Shown piece by piece: positions 1 through 12,730 of a DNA stretch of 47,759 nt (position 1 is the first letter of the stretch; every line of letters starts with the position of its first letter). The notes under the pieces were generated by a model. That model did no database searches, was not told where the DNA came from, and saw nothing but the letters and a program-made list of their open reading frames with translations. This DNA is from Nemertoderma westbladi (Eukaryota > Animalia > Xenacoelomorpha): NCBI GenBank assembly GCA_032718475.1, contig JAUCBJ010007511.1:1-47759 (forward strand). The letters run 5' to 3'. The position numbers and the translations under genes were made by a program.

Positions 1-914
1 ACAAATAGCAGTATGCAGTATTCACAGATCAATCGTGCCAGTTTGTTTTGATATTTACAGAGTTTAAAGCCAGGTTGTTTGATGCGTAATTGCAGCCAGC
101 TAAAGGATATATGTCCTTGTAATTAAACCTACTAGTGTTGAGCTAAAAAGCATAAAACATAAAACACTAAAAAGCCGTTCTTTCGTGGCTTTGAAAAACT
201 CGTGACTACTGCTCTATACGAGGATACCAACTCCCTTATTCCACGAAGCTCCCGTTCAACACAGAGAAAGAGCAGTGAGATAGGAAATTTTCAGTTCAGT
301 ACTCTGTGATAGGTCAACATCAAGGATAACTCAAATTCTATTGGGAGATACAAAACAAGGCTATGACGCAACCTCCCTAGGCTTGTTGGCCGATTAAACA
401 GAGCCCAGATGCCTGCGTACAGCAAATCAGCCAATAAGCTGGTAACTTGCACTATTTTTAGCTGTAGATCACTTTGAGAGTATTCTTAGCGACTGGGGGG
501 GAACTGGCCAACAAGGCAAACGAATCAGTTATCCCACAAAAGCTTTTACAATAATAATATTGAACCACCGGCACCGTTTACTCCTGGAACGCCACAACTT
601 TTTGATGTGCCTTGTATTTCTGAGCAAAAGGTTTACAAACATCTTTGTAAACGTCTACTGGAATACACAGGCACACCAGGCAGTATTCCTGTGGATGATC
701 TGACACTTTAAAGGTATGAACTTTGTGCACCTTTATGTAAATTTGTTTAATAATAATAATTGAAGATATTTCTCACTTCTCCATAGAAACAAATTAATAA
801 GAAACGACCAATATACTTACGTCAGTGGGCGCACTACCGAGGCACAATTATTAGATACAGTTAGTAGTGTACGTACATAGTATGTGGGCGGAAGCAGTAA
901 TTAAAAATAAATTG

Positions 915-1500
915 GTCGACATAATCTATACCGATTACGCGAAGGCATTTGATTCTGTGGACACTGACAAGTTGTCGCTTAAAAACTAACGTAGTTACGG
1001 AATCAGTAGTGGTGAGGTCTTCGCAAATTATCTAACTGGAAGGTTACAATGTGTTAGGATTGGTGATTCATTTTCCAAATACAGTATGTTTCTGTGGAAT
1101 AAGGGGTACCACAAGGTTCTTGTTGTGGTCCGCTGCTTTTCATTATTTTATGAAGATTTACCGATAAATCTCTAGTCGATCGTGCTTCTGCCAGATTATT
1201 TGCTGATAACACAAAATTATTTTCAGTCATCAACAATTCGGATGATAGGGAATTACTGCTGAATAATATTACCATATTTGCAGACTGGTCAAAGGACTGG
1301 CAATTGAATGTGGATAATCGTTTCAAAAGTGCAAGGTATTAATAATTAGTAGCAGTAAATCCACTACACCTGATTTTACGTATAATATTAATGAATTATG
1401 TTTAGAGAATCTGAGTTCACTTCGTGACCTTGGTGTAACAATTGATAGCAACCTGACTTTTTCCGAGCATATTATGAACACTACTTCTGCAGCTTACAGT
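915..1500 (+). mobile_element. Degraded CR1/L2-group LINE reverse transcriptase fragment
   Basis: Broken plus-strand frames give RT motifs VDIIYTDYAKAFDSV, GVPQGSCCGPLLF, LFADNTKL (FADD decayed) and DLGVTIDSNLTFSEHI; frameshifts and stops present. Confidence 0.85.
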
Positions 1501-1624
1501 ATACTGTAGATGTATTAATGAAATATTTAGATGTTTCGTAACGTCTCATAAAGACGAGTTGTAAACGGCCTATAAATGTTATTATAACTTTCGTTGGGTA
1601 CAGCTTTTGCAAAGTCGGGAATGA

Positions 1625-1697
1625 CGGGTCCAGGTGGGATCGAACTGGTGACCTCCGGTTTGGAAATCTGACGCTCTAACCATTCTGCTAGCGGCTC
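1625..1697 (-). repeat. tRNA-derived SINE head or tRNA pseudogene
   Basis: Minus strand has A-box TAGCAGAATGG and B-box GTTCGATCC at tRNA spacing; acceptor and anticodon stems pair poorly. Confidence 0.65.
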
Positions 1698-2877
1698 TAT
1701 AACTATAACTATAAGCGTTATGGAAACCAGTTCTAGAATACGCAAGTTGTATATGGAATCCATTTATGAAATGTAGACCTTTCTTTGGATTAACTGATAA
1801 ATTGGATTCCGTACAACGCTACTTGACTAGACGGTTATTTTTTCGTTGCCATATGAACCAACAATATATTGTTAGATTGTCTATTTTACAGCTGGAACCA
1901 TTAGATTTACGTAGAATTTATTCAGATGATACTTTTACATAAAAACTAATGCACGGATTGGTTGCCATGAACTATTGAGATTATTTCATACGGGGGTTTA
2001 GTAACACAAGAGGCCATTCCTTTAAAATTTGGGGCCTTAAGTGCAACACTAATTGTGTCAGCAATATCTTTTTTAATCGCGTTGTTAATATTTGGAATGA
2101 ACTTCCTACTTGTGTTGTCTCTACTGTAGTGCATCTGTAAATCGTCCCTGTCTTGAAAGAACAACACAACCGACATATTTTTCAAAAATCACCTTTTTAT
2201 TGTTTCTGACTAATTAGAGCGCCCTCTACTGATCTACCGCGGTCTCGAAGGTTCAAAATCAACTGTTTAGAAGTTATAGGGCTGACCATAACAACTCAAG
2301 CGACATGTTTAGGTTGATCTAATGATAAGGCCCATTTTTTTATAACAACCTAAGCGACAACTTTTTATGTATACAATATTTCCATAGTAATCATGGGACT
2401 ATCCAATGGAATAACACAAAAAGGCCATTGTTTTATAATAATAATAACTTACAATAATGGCTCCATTTGAGAATGTTGTAGTAATAAACAGAAATTGAAA
2501 TTGATAATGCAGTATACACCTCGCTTACTTTCGTCGCTCGCCCCACATCGTTTACGGAATATCTCGATAACTAATTACTAATTATAATCGAATATTTGTA
2601 CCGTATGTCAGTATGTACCCTATACATACTTTGTAACTGATTGACATCATAAATTTCGTAAATTTTTGTACGCAACTCGAAGTCTTCTCTCTCTTGGCCG
2701 TTACCTGTGAGGCTGGGACAGACGGCGCTACAGTAACTCCCATGGTTGAACGCTTTTAAACATCTAATATATTGATTATCAAATATACAGTAATATGATT
2801 CCTATATCGCATATCGCTGAATGAGAGCACCAATTAAGAAATTGCAACCGTCCCCCACTAGAAATAGATAATGCCAT

Positions 2878-3501
2878 GGACCCAGCCTAGCTTGTGTTGG
2901 CTGGGTCCACGGGACCCAGCCTAGCTTGTGTTGGCTGGGTCCACGGGACCCAGCCTAGCTTGTGTTGGCTGGGTCCACGGGACCCAGCCTAGCTTGTGTT
3001 GGCTGGGTCCACGGGACCCAGCCTAGCTTGTGTTGGCTGGGTCCACGGGACCCAGCCTAGCTTGTGTTGGCTGGGTCCACGGGACCCAGCCTAGCTTGTG
3101 TTGGCTGGGTCCACGGGACCCAGCCTAGCTTGTGTTGGCTGGGTCCACGGGACCCAGCCTAGCTTGTGTTGGCTGGGTCCACGGGACCCAGCCTAGCTTG
3201 TGTTGGCTGGGTCCACGGGACCCAGCCTAGCTTGTGTTGGCTGGGTCCACGGGACCCAGCCTAGCTTGTGTTGGCTGGGTCCACGGGACCCAGCCTAGCT
3301 TGTGTTGGCTGGGTCCACGGGACCCAGCCTAGCTTGTGTTGGCTGGGTCCACGGGACCCAGCCTAGCTTGTGTTGGCTGGGTCCACGGGACCCAGCCTAG
3401 CTTGTGTAGGCTTGGTCCACGGGACCCAGCCTAGCTTGTGTTGGCTGGGTCCACGGGACCCAGCCTAGCTTGTGTAGGCTGGATCCACGGGACCCAGCCT
3501 A
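2878..3501. repeat. 34-bp minisatellite, about 18 copies, each unit a hairpin
   Basis: Unit GGGACCCAGCCTAGCTTGTGTTGGCTGGGTCCAC with internal inverted repeat GGACCCAGCC/GGCTGGGTCC; no spacers. Confidence 0.97.
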
Positions 3502-4338
3502 CCACAGACTGTTAGTCCAACAGTCCCCGACATACCGCGGTTGACTGTGACCTTGTAACTGTGTAGCTTGTAACTTGTGACTGTGTAGAAGTGTAGGCCC
3601 CTACTAACATGCTCGTCTAATATGTGCAACTGTTTACCATTATCGCCTTAACAACCTATATAACGTCATCTTCAAGGCAGAACCCCCTAAGTAGATTTTT
3701 GTAGTTCTGAGATAATCGATAAAAACTGTTTATTTTTTAGAGAGATGCCTCAGTTTACTTGTTATTGTGTTTTTTAATATCTAAATATATATAGAATTCA
3801 TATAACTAAACTTTCACTTTGATTTAGAATTACCTTTGAAATATATTGCGGTTTTTTTGTAAAAGTTCTGACTTATGGTGTTTTGCCAAAACAAGGGGAA
3901 CACCGTTTTCTGGTATTATCCCGTAACTATACGATAGTTACGGGGTATTGCCTAGAAAACAAGGTATCCTCAATTTGGCAAAACACCATAAGTCAGAATT
4001 TTTACAAAAAACACGCAAAATATATCAAATAGTAGCCAATGCGTATCGTGCGTCCTTAATTATTTAGTGCGTAGTGCGCACGTAATACATGTCCGCATTA
4101 ATACGTGCTATCTAACATGTTAACTGGCACATGAGCAGGTGTTAGTATTACCTGTGAACGCAATAATAACAAATAAGCACATACAATATAGCTAACACAC
4201 TTGCGCACATGTTGGAAATTTTTGAATTCAAAATTCTAAAGGGCTCCATAAGTTTTTGATATTTTGGTATTAATTGCTTCTAAAACAAGTACGGCACTGT
4301 AGGCCTAGTTAGAATCATGTACAGATGAGGGTCATAAA

Positions 4339-4572
4339 CATTAATGAGGTACACAAGCATTAATGAGGGACACAAGCATTAATGAGGGACACAAGCATTA
4401 ATGAGATACACAAACATTAATGAGGGACACAAACATTAATGAGGGACACAAACATTAATGAGGGACACAAGCATTAATGAGATACACAAACATTAATGAG
4501 GGACACAAGCATTAATGAGATACACAAACATTAATGAGGGACACAAACATTAATGAGGGACACAAACATTAA
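4339..4572 (+). repeat. 19-bp minisatellite, about 12 copies
   Basis: Unit CATTAATGAGGGACACAAA. Confidence 0.95.
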
Positions 4573-5000
4573 ACGATGGACAGATATCAATCAAGGGCAC
4601 AAACATTAATCATGGGCACTATCATTCCATTCCATTCATGATAGATAGGCTTAACCCCCCATCGCACTTAGTATGATTCCTGACCAAACCAATAAACTAT
4701 GTTATTACCAATTGAGGGAGAGGATCAGGTTACAGAGATGGTTTTTATAAGCAAAACAATAAACGATGTTGTTACTAATAAGGGAAGGAGTAAAAAATTG
4801 ATGAACATGAGCGGGAGACAGGAATGGGGGGGGGGGGGGGGCAGCACTGTGTGTGGGTGGTAACATGAATGGTGGGGGTAGGAAGTAAATTGAAAATATG
4901 GGAGTATAAATAGCGGGGGGGGGGGGGGGGGGGGTAGCAGCAAAACAGGCAGCTGAACAAGGTAACCAAACGATTTTAGTGTCTATGATTACTGTTTTAC

Positions 5001-6197
5001 TCCCTCATTAAAGTTTGTGTCCCTCATTAATGTTTGTGTCCCTCATTAATGTTTGTGTCCCTCATTAATGTTTGTCTCCCTGATTAATGTTTGTGTCCCT
5101 CATTAATGTTTGTGTTCCTCATTAATGTTTGTGTCCCTCATTAATGTTTGTGTCCCTCATTAATGTTTGTGTCCCTGATTAATGTTTGTGTCCCTCATTA
5201 ATGTTTGTGTCCCTGCGTTAATGTTTGTGTCCCTCATTAATGTTTGTGTCCCTACATTGATGTTTGTCTCCCTCATTAATGATTTGTGTCCCTCATTAAT
5301 ATTTGTGTCCCTCATTAATGTTTGTGTCCCTCGTTAATGTCTGTGTCCCTCATTAATGTTTGTGTCCCTCATTAATGATTGTGTCTCCACTGATTACTGT
5401 TTGTGTCCCTCATTAATGATTGTGTCCCTCATTAATGTTTGTGTCCCTCATTAACGATTGTGTTCCTCATTAACGATTGTGCTCCTCATTAATGTTTGTG
5501 TCCCTGATTAATATATGTGTCCCTCATTAATGATTGTGTCCCTCATTAATGTTTGTGTCCCTGATTAATGTTTGTGTCCCTCATTAATGTTTGTGTCCCT
5601 CATTAATGTTTGTGTCCCTGGTTAATGATTGTGTCCCTCATTAATGTTTGTCTCCCTGATTACTGTGTGTCCCTCATTAATGATTGTGTCCCTCATTAAT
5701 GTTTGTGTCCCTGATTAATATTTGTGTCCCTCATTAATGTTTGTGTCCCTCATTAATGTTTGTGTCCCTGGTTAATGATTGTGTCCCTCATTAATGTTTG
5801 TCTCCCTGATTACTGTGTGTCCCTCATTAATGATTGTGTCCCTCATTAATGTTTGTGTCCCTGATTAATATTTGTGTCCCTGATTAATGTTTGTGTCCCT
5901 GGTTAATGATTGTGTCCCTCATTAATGTTTGTCTCCCTGATTACTGTGTGTCCCTCATTAATGATTGTGTCCCTCATTAATGTTTGTGTCCCTGATTAAT
6001 ATTTGTGTCCCTCATTAATGTTTGTGTCCCTCATTAATGTTTGTGTCCCTCATTAATGATTGTATCCCTCATTAATGTTTGTCTCCCTGATTACAGTGTG
6101 TCCCTCATTAATTATTATTATATTATTATTATTAATGTTTGTGTACCTGATTAATATTTGTGTCCCTCATTAATGTTTTAGTGTCCCTCATTAATGA
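5001..6197 (-). repeat. Same 19-bp minisatellite in inverted orientation, roughly 60 copies
   Basis: Unit TTTGTGTCCCTCATTAATG is the reverse complement of the 4339-4572 unit. Confidence 0.95.
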
Positions 6198-8002
6198 AAC
6201 AAATTGAAATGAAATTATAAAACCAGTATATAAATGAGAAATTACGGGGTTTTGACAGGTTGTTATTTCTGATTTAAGGGGTTTTGCCAGGTGGACTGAA
6301 TTTCATATACTTGAATTTACGGTGTTTTGCAAGCAAATTATTGACTTGTGGGGTTCTGCCTCGAAGTGGGCAAAAGTTACGGGGAACTGTCTTTGGCTTA
6401 TAACTCAAAAATGGCTGGTTGAAAAGTTTCGGGGGTCTGCCAGACGAAAAAGCCGATATCGAATTACCCAAAAAGTCAAAAACATGAAAATCGAAAAAAA
6501 TCGACTTAGGGGGTTCTGCCTTGAAGGTGACGATAATGTGTTTTATGCTGCATAGTGAAACTTTAAATACGTTACAAACGAATTATTCATTATTTCTGTT
6601 GAAGTTGAAATTGCTGAAAACTGGTTCTCATTTATCTACCAATTAAGGATGCAAGGTAGAGATGCGCCTTGGTGAGTCCCCTTCAAGCATTCGTGTCGAA
6701 ACGAAAACTGCCCTGGTCCCCATGCAGGAATCGAACCCACGACCAGTAGGTCGATGTGAATTCGAAGCAATGGGTATTTTTTTTACATTTTATCTTAAGA
6801 GATAATGTCTAAATATACACTAGCATATTTAATGTAAATACATTCATACACTCATATAAAACAAATCTGTCACGTACCGGTAGGTTCTTATGAAAAACCC
6901 AAATCTGGCGTTTGATTTGTTTTACAGAGTTATAAATTATGATTGGTAGGCCCTACTTAAGTTGTTTTAAAAAAACAGAAAATAGCAGCAAAAATAACTT
7001 AAGCGCCAAATTGTGCACAAAAATCAATATTGTGGAGTAAAAGAATCACATATGAAATTTTTAACATTACAGGTCGAAATTATAAACAGTGCTGAACGTT
7101 TTAGTCGAAACACAATAAAAATAACCAAAATCCGAATTTTAATCAACAAATCGTCGTTCCTGAACAATTCTGATAATGGCGCTTGTGTTGTTCTTTCAAG
7201 ACAGGGACGAAATATATTTAAAAATAAATTACAAACCGATAATTTTACTAAGTACGCTAAATTCGATAGAAATCTTTAACATTTAATTTCATCATTTTAA
7301 TTTTATGATATTATTGTATCCTTTACCTATGTTTTTATCTCTTTTATTTAGCTGGTACTTAAGTCGCCTCGATTAGTGCAATTATGTATCTGATAAGTGT
7401 GTTTGCTAAATGTTTGTCGGTCTGTTGTGAGCTGTATCAGCTGAGGTGTCTCCTCAAATATAATATCTTATATTTATCTTATCCTATGGGTTGACTGATT
7501 TTCTAGTTATGACGGTATACATACATATTCAGCCGGCGCAAGAACACCATCTTGAGCTGCTTGGAAGGTAGCATCCCAAGTGAGTCATGGAGCGATATCC
7601 TATCTCCTTCAACACCACAGCCAACATGGTGGTCGTTTCTAAACGAGTCAGTGGGTTGTCGTCCCGTTACGGCTAATTGTCGCGTTACGGCTAATTTTTA
7701 AAGTAAAGTAAAGTGGTGTGTACTAAAGTAGTGTACAGGTGGACTATGAAGCGGAGGTTGAATGAGGTAGAGTATATACATATGGCACACATATGCATAT
7801 ATACATATGTATGCCATAATATTGCATACATTTAGTGTTAAAACCCCGCTACATTAAATCACGCGTAAAAACATTTATTTCACCTCTAAAAGCGCACTGT
7901 TTTATTATTAACGGGTGAAATAATTCACAAATTGATTAATTTCTCCTCCTATTTTAGGGGATGATATAAATGGATACAATTATTTAATTTTATCTTCCCC
8001 TT

Positions 8003-8530
8003 AGCGATTGGCTGATTTGGGAGGGAATTTAAATACACAATTATGCTGTAATAAATCCGCCCGCTAATGATTGGCTGATTTAGGGGAGAGTTTAAATACA
8101 CAGTTATGGTGTAATAAATCCGCCTGCTAATGAATGATTGGCTGATTTAGGGGAGAATTTAAATACACAATTATGGTGTAATAAATCCGCCTGCTAATGA
8201 TTGGCTGATTTAGGGGAGAGTTTAAATACACAATTATGGTGTAATAAATCCGCCTGCTAATGATTGGCTGATTTAGGGGAGAATTTAAATACACAATTAT
8301 GGTGTAATAAATCCGCCTGCTAATGATTGGCTGATTTAGGGGAGAATTTAAATACACAATTATGCTGTAATAAATCCGCCCGCTAATGATTGGCTGATTT
8401 AGGGGAGAGTTTAAATACACAATTATGGTGTAATAAATCCGCCTGCTAATGATTGGCTGATTTAGGAGGGAATTTAAATACACAATTATGCTGTAATAAA
8501 TCCACCCGCAAATGATTGGCTGATATATGG
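8003..8530. repeat. 63-bp tandem repeat, about 8 copies
   Basis: Unit GCTAATGATTGGCTGATTTAGGGGAGAATTTAAATACACAATTATGGTGTAATAAATCCGCCT; an inverted single copy lies at about 8705-8760. Confidence 0.95.
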
Positions 8531-9144
8531 GGGAATCCTTTGAAAATCCTTTATTTCCTAAATTGTAGGCTACCAATTGCGGTACTGTTGTAAAGAATGT
8601 CATTTTCAAATAGGCATCTCATTATATTTCGATAAATTATCCAATCGCTTGGGGTGTATATTATTTCAGCCTGTCACTAGCGCGAGGATTTAATAACACA
8701 TCATTTGTGTATTTAAACTCTCCCCTATATCAGCCAATCATTAGCGGGCGGATTTATTACGGCAGTGATTTTTTATGTCCTTTTATTTGACTTTTTTGTC
8801 CTCCTTTTTTTACGAATTGTGCATAATGACTTTTGTTGTCCTTTTAATGACTTTTGTTGTCCTTTTAATGACTTTTTATGTATGTATTTCTTCAAACTGT
8901 CAGACAGTTGATTTCAACATGCCTATGCCAAAACATTCAAAATTTGTTGATTTCTGGTCTGTCGGACAGTTCGTTTCACTATGCCTGTGCCAAAACATTC
9001 CATGATTCCATGATTTATAGACTATGAGATAGAATTCCATATGCGCCTGTTGTAAAAGACTCTAAATTTAATAGTTTGTGGTTGTTGTCGATAATCGATT
9101 ACCACATGACGTAGCAAAATACTCATTTTATAGCCAAAAACAAT

Positions 9145-9833
9145 TACCAATTGATGGAAAGGAGCAGGTTAAGGCCGGATTTTCTAACCAAAACAACAAA
9201 CAGTCACTTTACCAAATCAGGTAAAGGAGCAGGTTACAGAGGCGGGATTTTCTAACCAAAATAATAAACGATCATTTAACTAATTGAGGGAAAGGAGCAG
9301 GTTACAGAGACGGGATTTTCTAACCAAAACAATAAACGATAACATTACCAATTGAGAGAAAGGAGCAGGTTACAGAGACGGGATTTCTAACCAAAACAAT
9401 AAACAGTCACTTTACCAAATCATGGAAAGGAGCAGGTTATAGAGACGGGATTTTCTAACCAAAACAATAAACGATAACAATACCAATTGAGAGAAAGGAG
9501 CAGGTTACAGAGGCGGGATTTCCTAACCAAAACAATAAACGATCACTTAACTAATTGAGGGAAAGGAGCCGGTTACAGAGGCGGGATTTTCTCACCAAAA
9601 CAATAAACAGTCACTTTACCAAATCAGGGAAAGGAGCAGGTTACAGAGACGGGATTTTCAAACCAAAACAATAAACGATAACATTACCAATTGAGAGAAA
9701 GGAGCAGGTTACAGAGGCGTTGATTTCCTAACGAAAACAATAAACGATCACTTAACTAATTGAGGGAAAGGAGCAGGTTACAGAGGCGGGGAAAGGAGCA
9801 GGTTACAGAGGCGGGATTTTCTAACCAAAACAA
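9145..9833. repeat. 68-bp tandem repeat, about 10 copies
   Basis: The AAAGGAGC core recurs at 9291, 9359, 9426, 9494, 9562, 9630, 9698, 9767. Confidence 0.95.
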
Positions 9834-11186
9834 CCGGTCAGCCGTTAGGCCTACCAGTACCGTATTTAAATGGTAGGCTACACAGTAGGCCTACAGCAGT
9901 ACCGGTGCCGGTACTAAAATACAGAAATACCTGCTTTATACCTACATCTGTACATACAATACAGCAAAATAGTGCTATATATACTAATAACGGTACTGAT
10001 AGCCTGAGAGAACAGCAGTAGAGAAACCGGTAGCATGGAACCTAACATTAGATTTTTGGAGGACATAAAAAAATCAAAAAAAAGGACAAAAAAAGGATTT
10101 AAACGGACAATAAAAATTATTGTGATTTATTACAGCATAATTGTGTATTTAAAATTCCCTCCTAAATCAGCCATTCGCTAAGGGGAAGATAAAATCACAT
10201 AAATGTATCCATTTATATCATCCCCTAAAATAGGAGGAGAAATTCATCAATTTGTGAATTATTTCACCCGTAAATAATAAAACCGTGCGCTTTTAGAGGT
10301 GAAATAAATGTTTCTGCGCGTGATTTAATGTAGCGGGGTTTTAAAACCAAATGTATGCTATAAGAGTATAGAGCGGGCACGCATTGTCGAAGGTTTAAAG
10401 AAACTGGCGGTGCCAATGGTATGAGGGTTAGTAAAGAAAAGAAAAGCTTAATTTATTAAAAATTTAAAGTTAAACATGTTCAATTACATTACGTTAAACG
10501 AAACGAAATAATAAGTGTTTCGTTTCGTTTTTCCGTTTCGTTTCGTTTTTCCGTTTCGTTTCGTTAAATTCAAAATTGATTAAACATTATGATATAATTT
10601 TAATAATATATAAAAATAATTAATTAATTTATTTAATTAATTAATTAAATAATTAATGTAGTAAAATATATTAGCCACAAAGATATACAATTTGAAGGAA
10701 TATTATTAACAACACAGTTACAATACTACTGAGTAATACGCCCATAACGCAAGCCACTGAATAATAATACTGCAGTATAATATTGCATTGTATTACCATT
10801 ATTATAGGGAAGCCCTATTGTATACACTCACTGGGTTACTACCCGTCGCGTCAGACAACCACTAGAAATAACTCACCTTCAATATACTACCCAGGCTACA
10901 GTATGACGTGACATGTCTAATGTCTCCTTGTCTGTGCCACTAATGAACCCCATGTTAAATAAATACATGTTCTGGAATGAATATTTATGACATTGGCTGC
11001 CGCTCCCGTTGACTACTAAGGGCGCAGACATGGCGCTTCCCCAATGCCCTAAATAACCAATACCCTTCCTAAATACCCAGCCGGCTACTCCAGTTGCCAG
11101 ACAACCAATAGTTTAATCAATTTAAAAATAAATACTGAAATAGGTGCAACTGCAAATATTATAATATGCAAAGGTTTATCAAAAGT

Positions 11187-12730
11187 TTAAAATCTACTTG
11201 GTCGAAATCCGTTTTGGCTCTTACGCAGTAGTTTCTCTATGTGAGGCCTAATCCTATATAGAATCATTTTATTGTATATTTTGGCAGCTAACACAAGCAG
11301 ACAGATACGATAGATTGTTGGTATAACGAGGTCTCCTTTCTTGGGGAGAGGCTTTAGTTTACCTTTAGTCCAAATTGGTGGTAACTTTTCCCCTTTTAAC
11401 ATCCGGTTGCAAACATTCAATAAATGGTCTGTTTAGCACTCCCGTTTTCCATACCTCCGCTGGGATTTAATCTAATCCACTCGCTTTAATATTGGACATG
11501 CTTTTAATGCTTCTTTGGAGTTCGGCAGGCAAAGCGGTTTTGAACTTCTACTGTATCATAGTCTTGTAATAGACTGTAATCATAGTTGATTTGCTTGCTT
11601 ATCATGGGTTTGCTGGCTTTCAAACTGAGTCTGATCTCTGCAGTCACAATTCTGTGGTTAGGTTGAACGAGCTGTATGCCTCGCAGTTGATCATGCTGTT
11701 TCTCCACTTTTAGTTTATAAGGATGTAATCCAGTTGTGCTTTGGTTCCATTAAGGTATTGAAAGGTCCATAGCTTCCCCTTACTCTTTTCGAATGTGTTG
11801 TTTGTTGGCATCAATTCACATTCTTCCATTAGGTCTAAAAGTAAGTACCAATTTCTGTTAGAACTGGTGTTATAGGTGTAATCCTTGATGTCTTCTGGGC
11901 CAATTTGCGCATTCAGGTCACCAGCAATGACTTTAACATTGTGTTACGGAATGTCCTTTATAAGTCCAGTCAGATCTTCATAAAACTTGACTGCTTGTTC
12001 TGGCTCTGAGGCATTTGTTGGACTGTAGCAACATACTGTATACTGTTGTATTGGGATTCCCATCAAATGTTGCGATCATAACCCTGGAATTTATAGATTC
12101 GATGTTGTTTAGGGTCTTAAGTGCAAATGGGCTTAGCAGAATTCCTACTCCGCCAATTGATGCATTGGCCGAGTTTCTTACTGCTGAGCTTGTTACTAAC
12201 GTCCATCCATTTCCAATGTCATTGTACTTCATGGCAGTGTCTTCATGACAAATCCGATGTTCTTTGTTATATTCCATTGCCAGAGCAACCATGTTGTCAC
12301 CCTGTTTTCCTTGTTCATTGTAGCAATCTTTCGTGTCTTTTTACATTTCAACAGGTTGGTTCTTCTTTCTTCTGTCTTATGTTCCAGTAGCCAATTTATC
12401 GACCGCAGCCTGGTGTACCACTGAGGGACGCGGTCCTTGTTGACCCGGGCGACGACCGAGCCGGTATTTCTCCTGGAGGGTTCAAATACTCATCTCTTTC
12501 AGTTACGAGAGTAAACCGCTTGTGGTCGCAACTCCTACAAGCGTCTTCGCAGTAGATCGCCGTTGGTTGATTACCTTCCGCCGACCTTGTCAGCATGTCT
12601 AGCCGTTGGTTGATTACCTCCCGCCTATCCATGGCCTACAGCCCTGCTGCCGACTGTAGGGGTCCTTTTGTTACACCCTGAACAAAGTATGCCTCCTGGG
12701 TTAGGTATCCAGTAGAGACAGAGCGGGGCG
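11187..12730 (-). mobile_element. RTE-like non-LTR retrotransposon 5' portion (putative 5' UTR, APE endonuclease, start of RT), 3'-truncated
   Basis: KIGYWNIR near 12395, GVGILLS, CYSPTN, AGDLNAQIG, QLDYILIN, then PLPKKGDL...AAKIYNKMIL.RIRP...SQNGFR; multiple frameshifts. Confidence 0.85.

Larger units (their letters stand above)
3664..6532. mobile_element. Non-autonomous TIR DNA transposon with 4-bp TSD
   Basis: About 37-bp TIRs CGTCA(T/C)CTTCAAGGCAGAACCCCCTAAGT(A/C)GATTTTT at 3664-3700 and 6496-6532; ATAA at 3660-3663 and 6533-6536; no transposase. Confidence 0.85.
7824..10358. mobile_element. Non-autonomous long-TIR (foldback-like) DNA element
   Basis: About 7824-8055 is the reverse complement of about 10125-10358 (GCATACATTT...AAACCCCGCTACATTAAATCACGCG...); no clean TSD seen. 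Confidence 0.8.

Noticed and set aside
1625-1697. Functional tRNA gene
   Set aside because: Acceptor and anticodon stems do not pair well; better explained as a SINE head or pseudogene
2217-2232. CTCF-like motif GAGCGCCCTCTACTGA
   Set aside because: Single short match in probable repeat DNA; a similar string occurs inside the CRE coding fragment near 47181
2878-3501. CRISPR-like palindromic 34-bp repeats
   Set aside because: No unique spacers, no cas genes, eukaryotic context
4725-4969. Poly-proline ORFs and G-run quadruplex candidates
   Set aside because: Homopolymer G/C tracts occur throughout the repeats of this window; no independent support
8127-8609. 160-aa repetitive ORF
   Set aside because: By-product of a 63-bp (21-codon) tandem repeat inside a transposon
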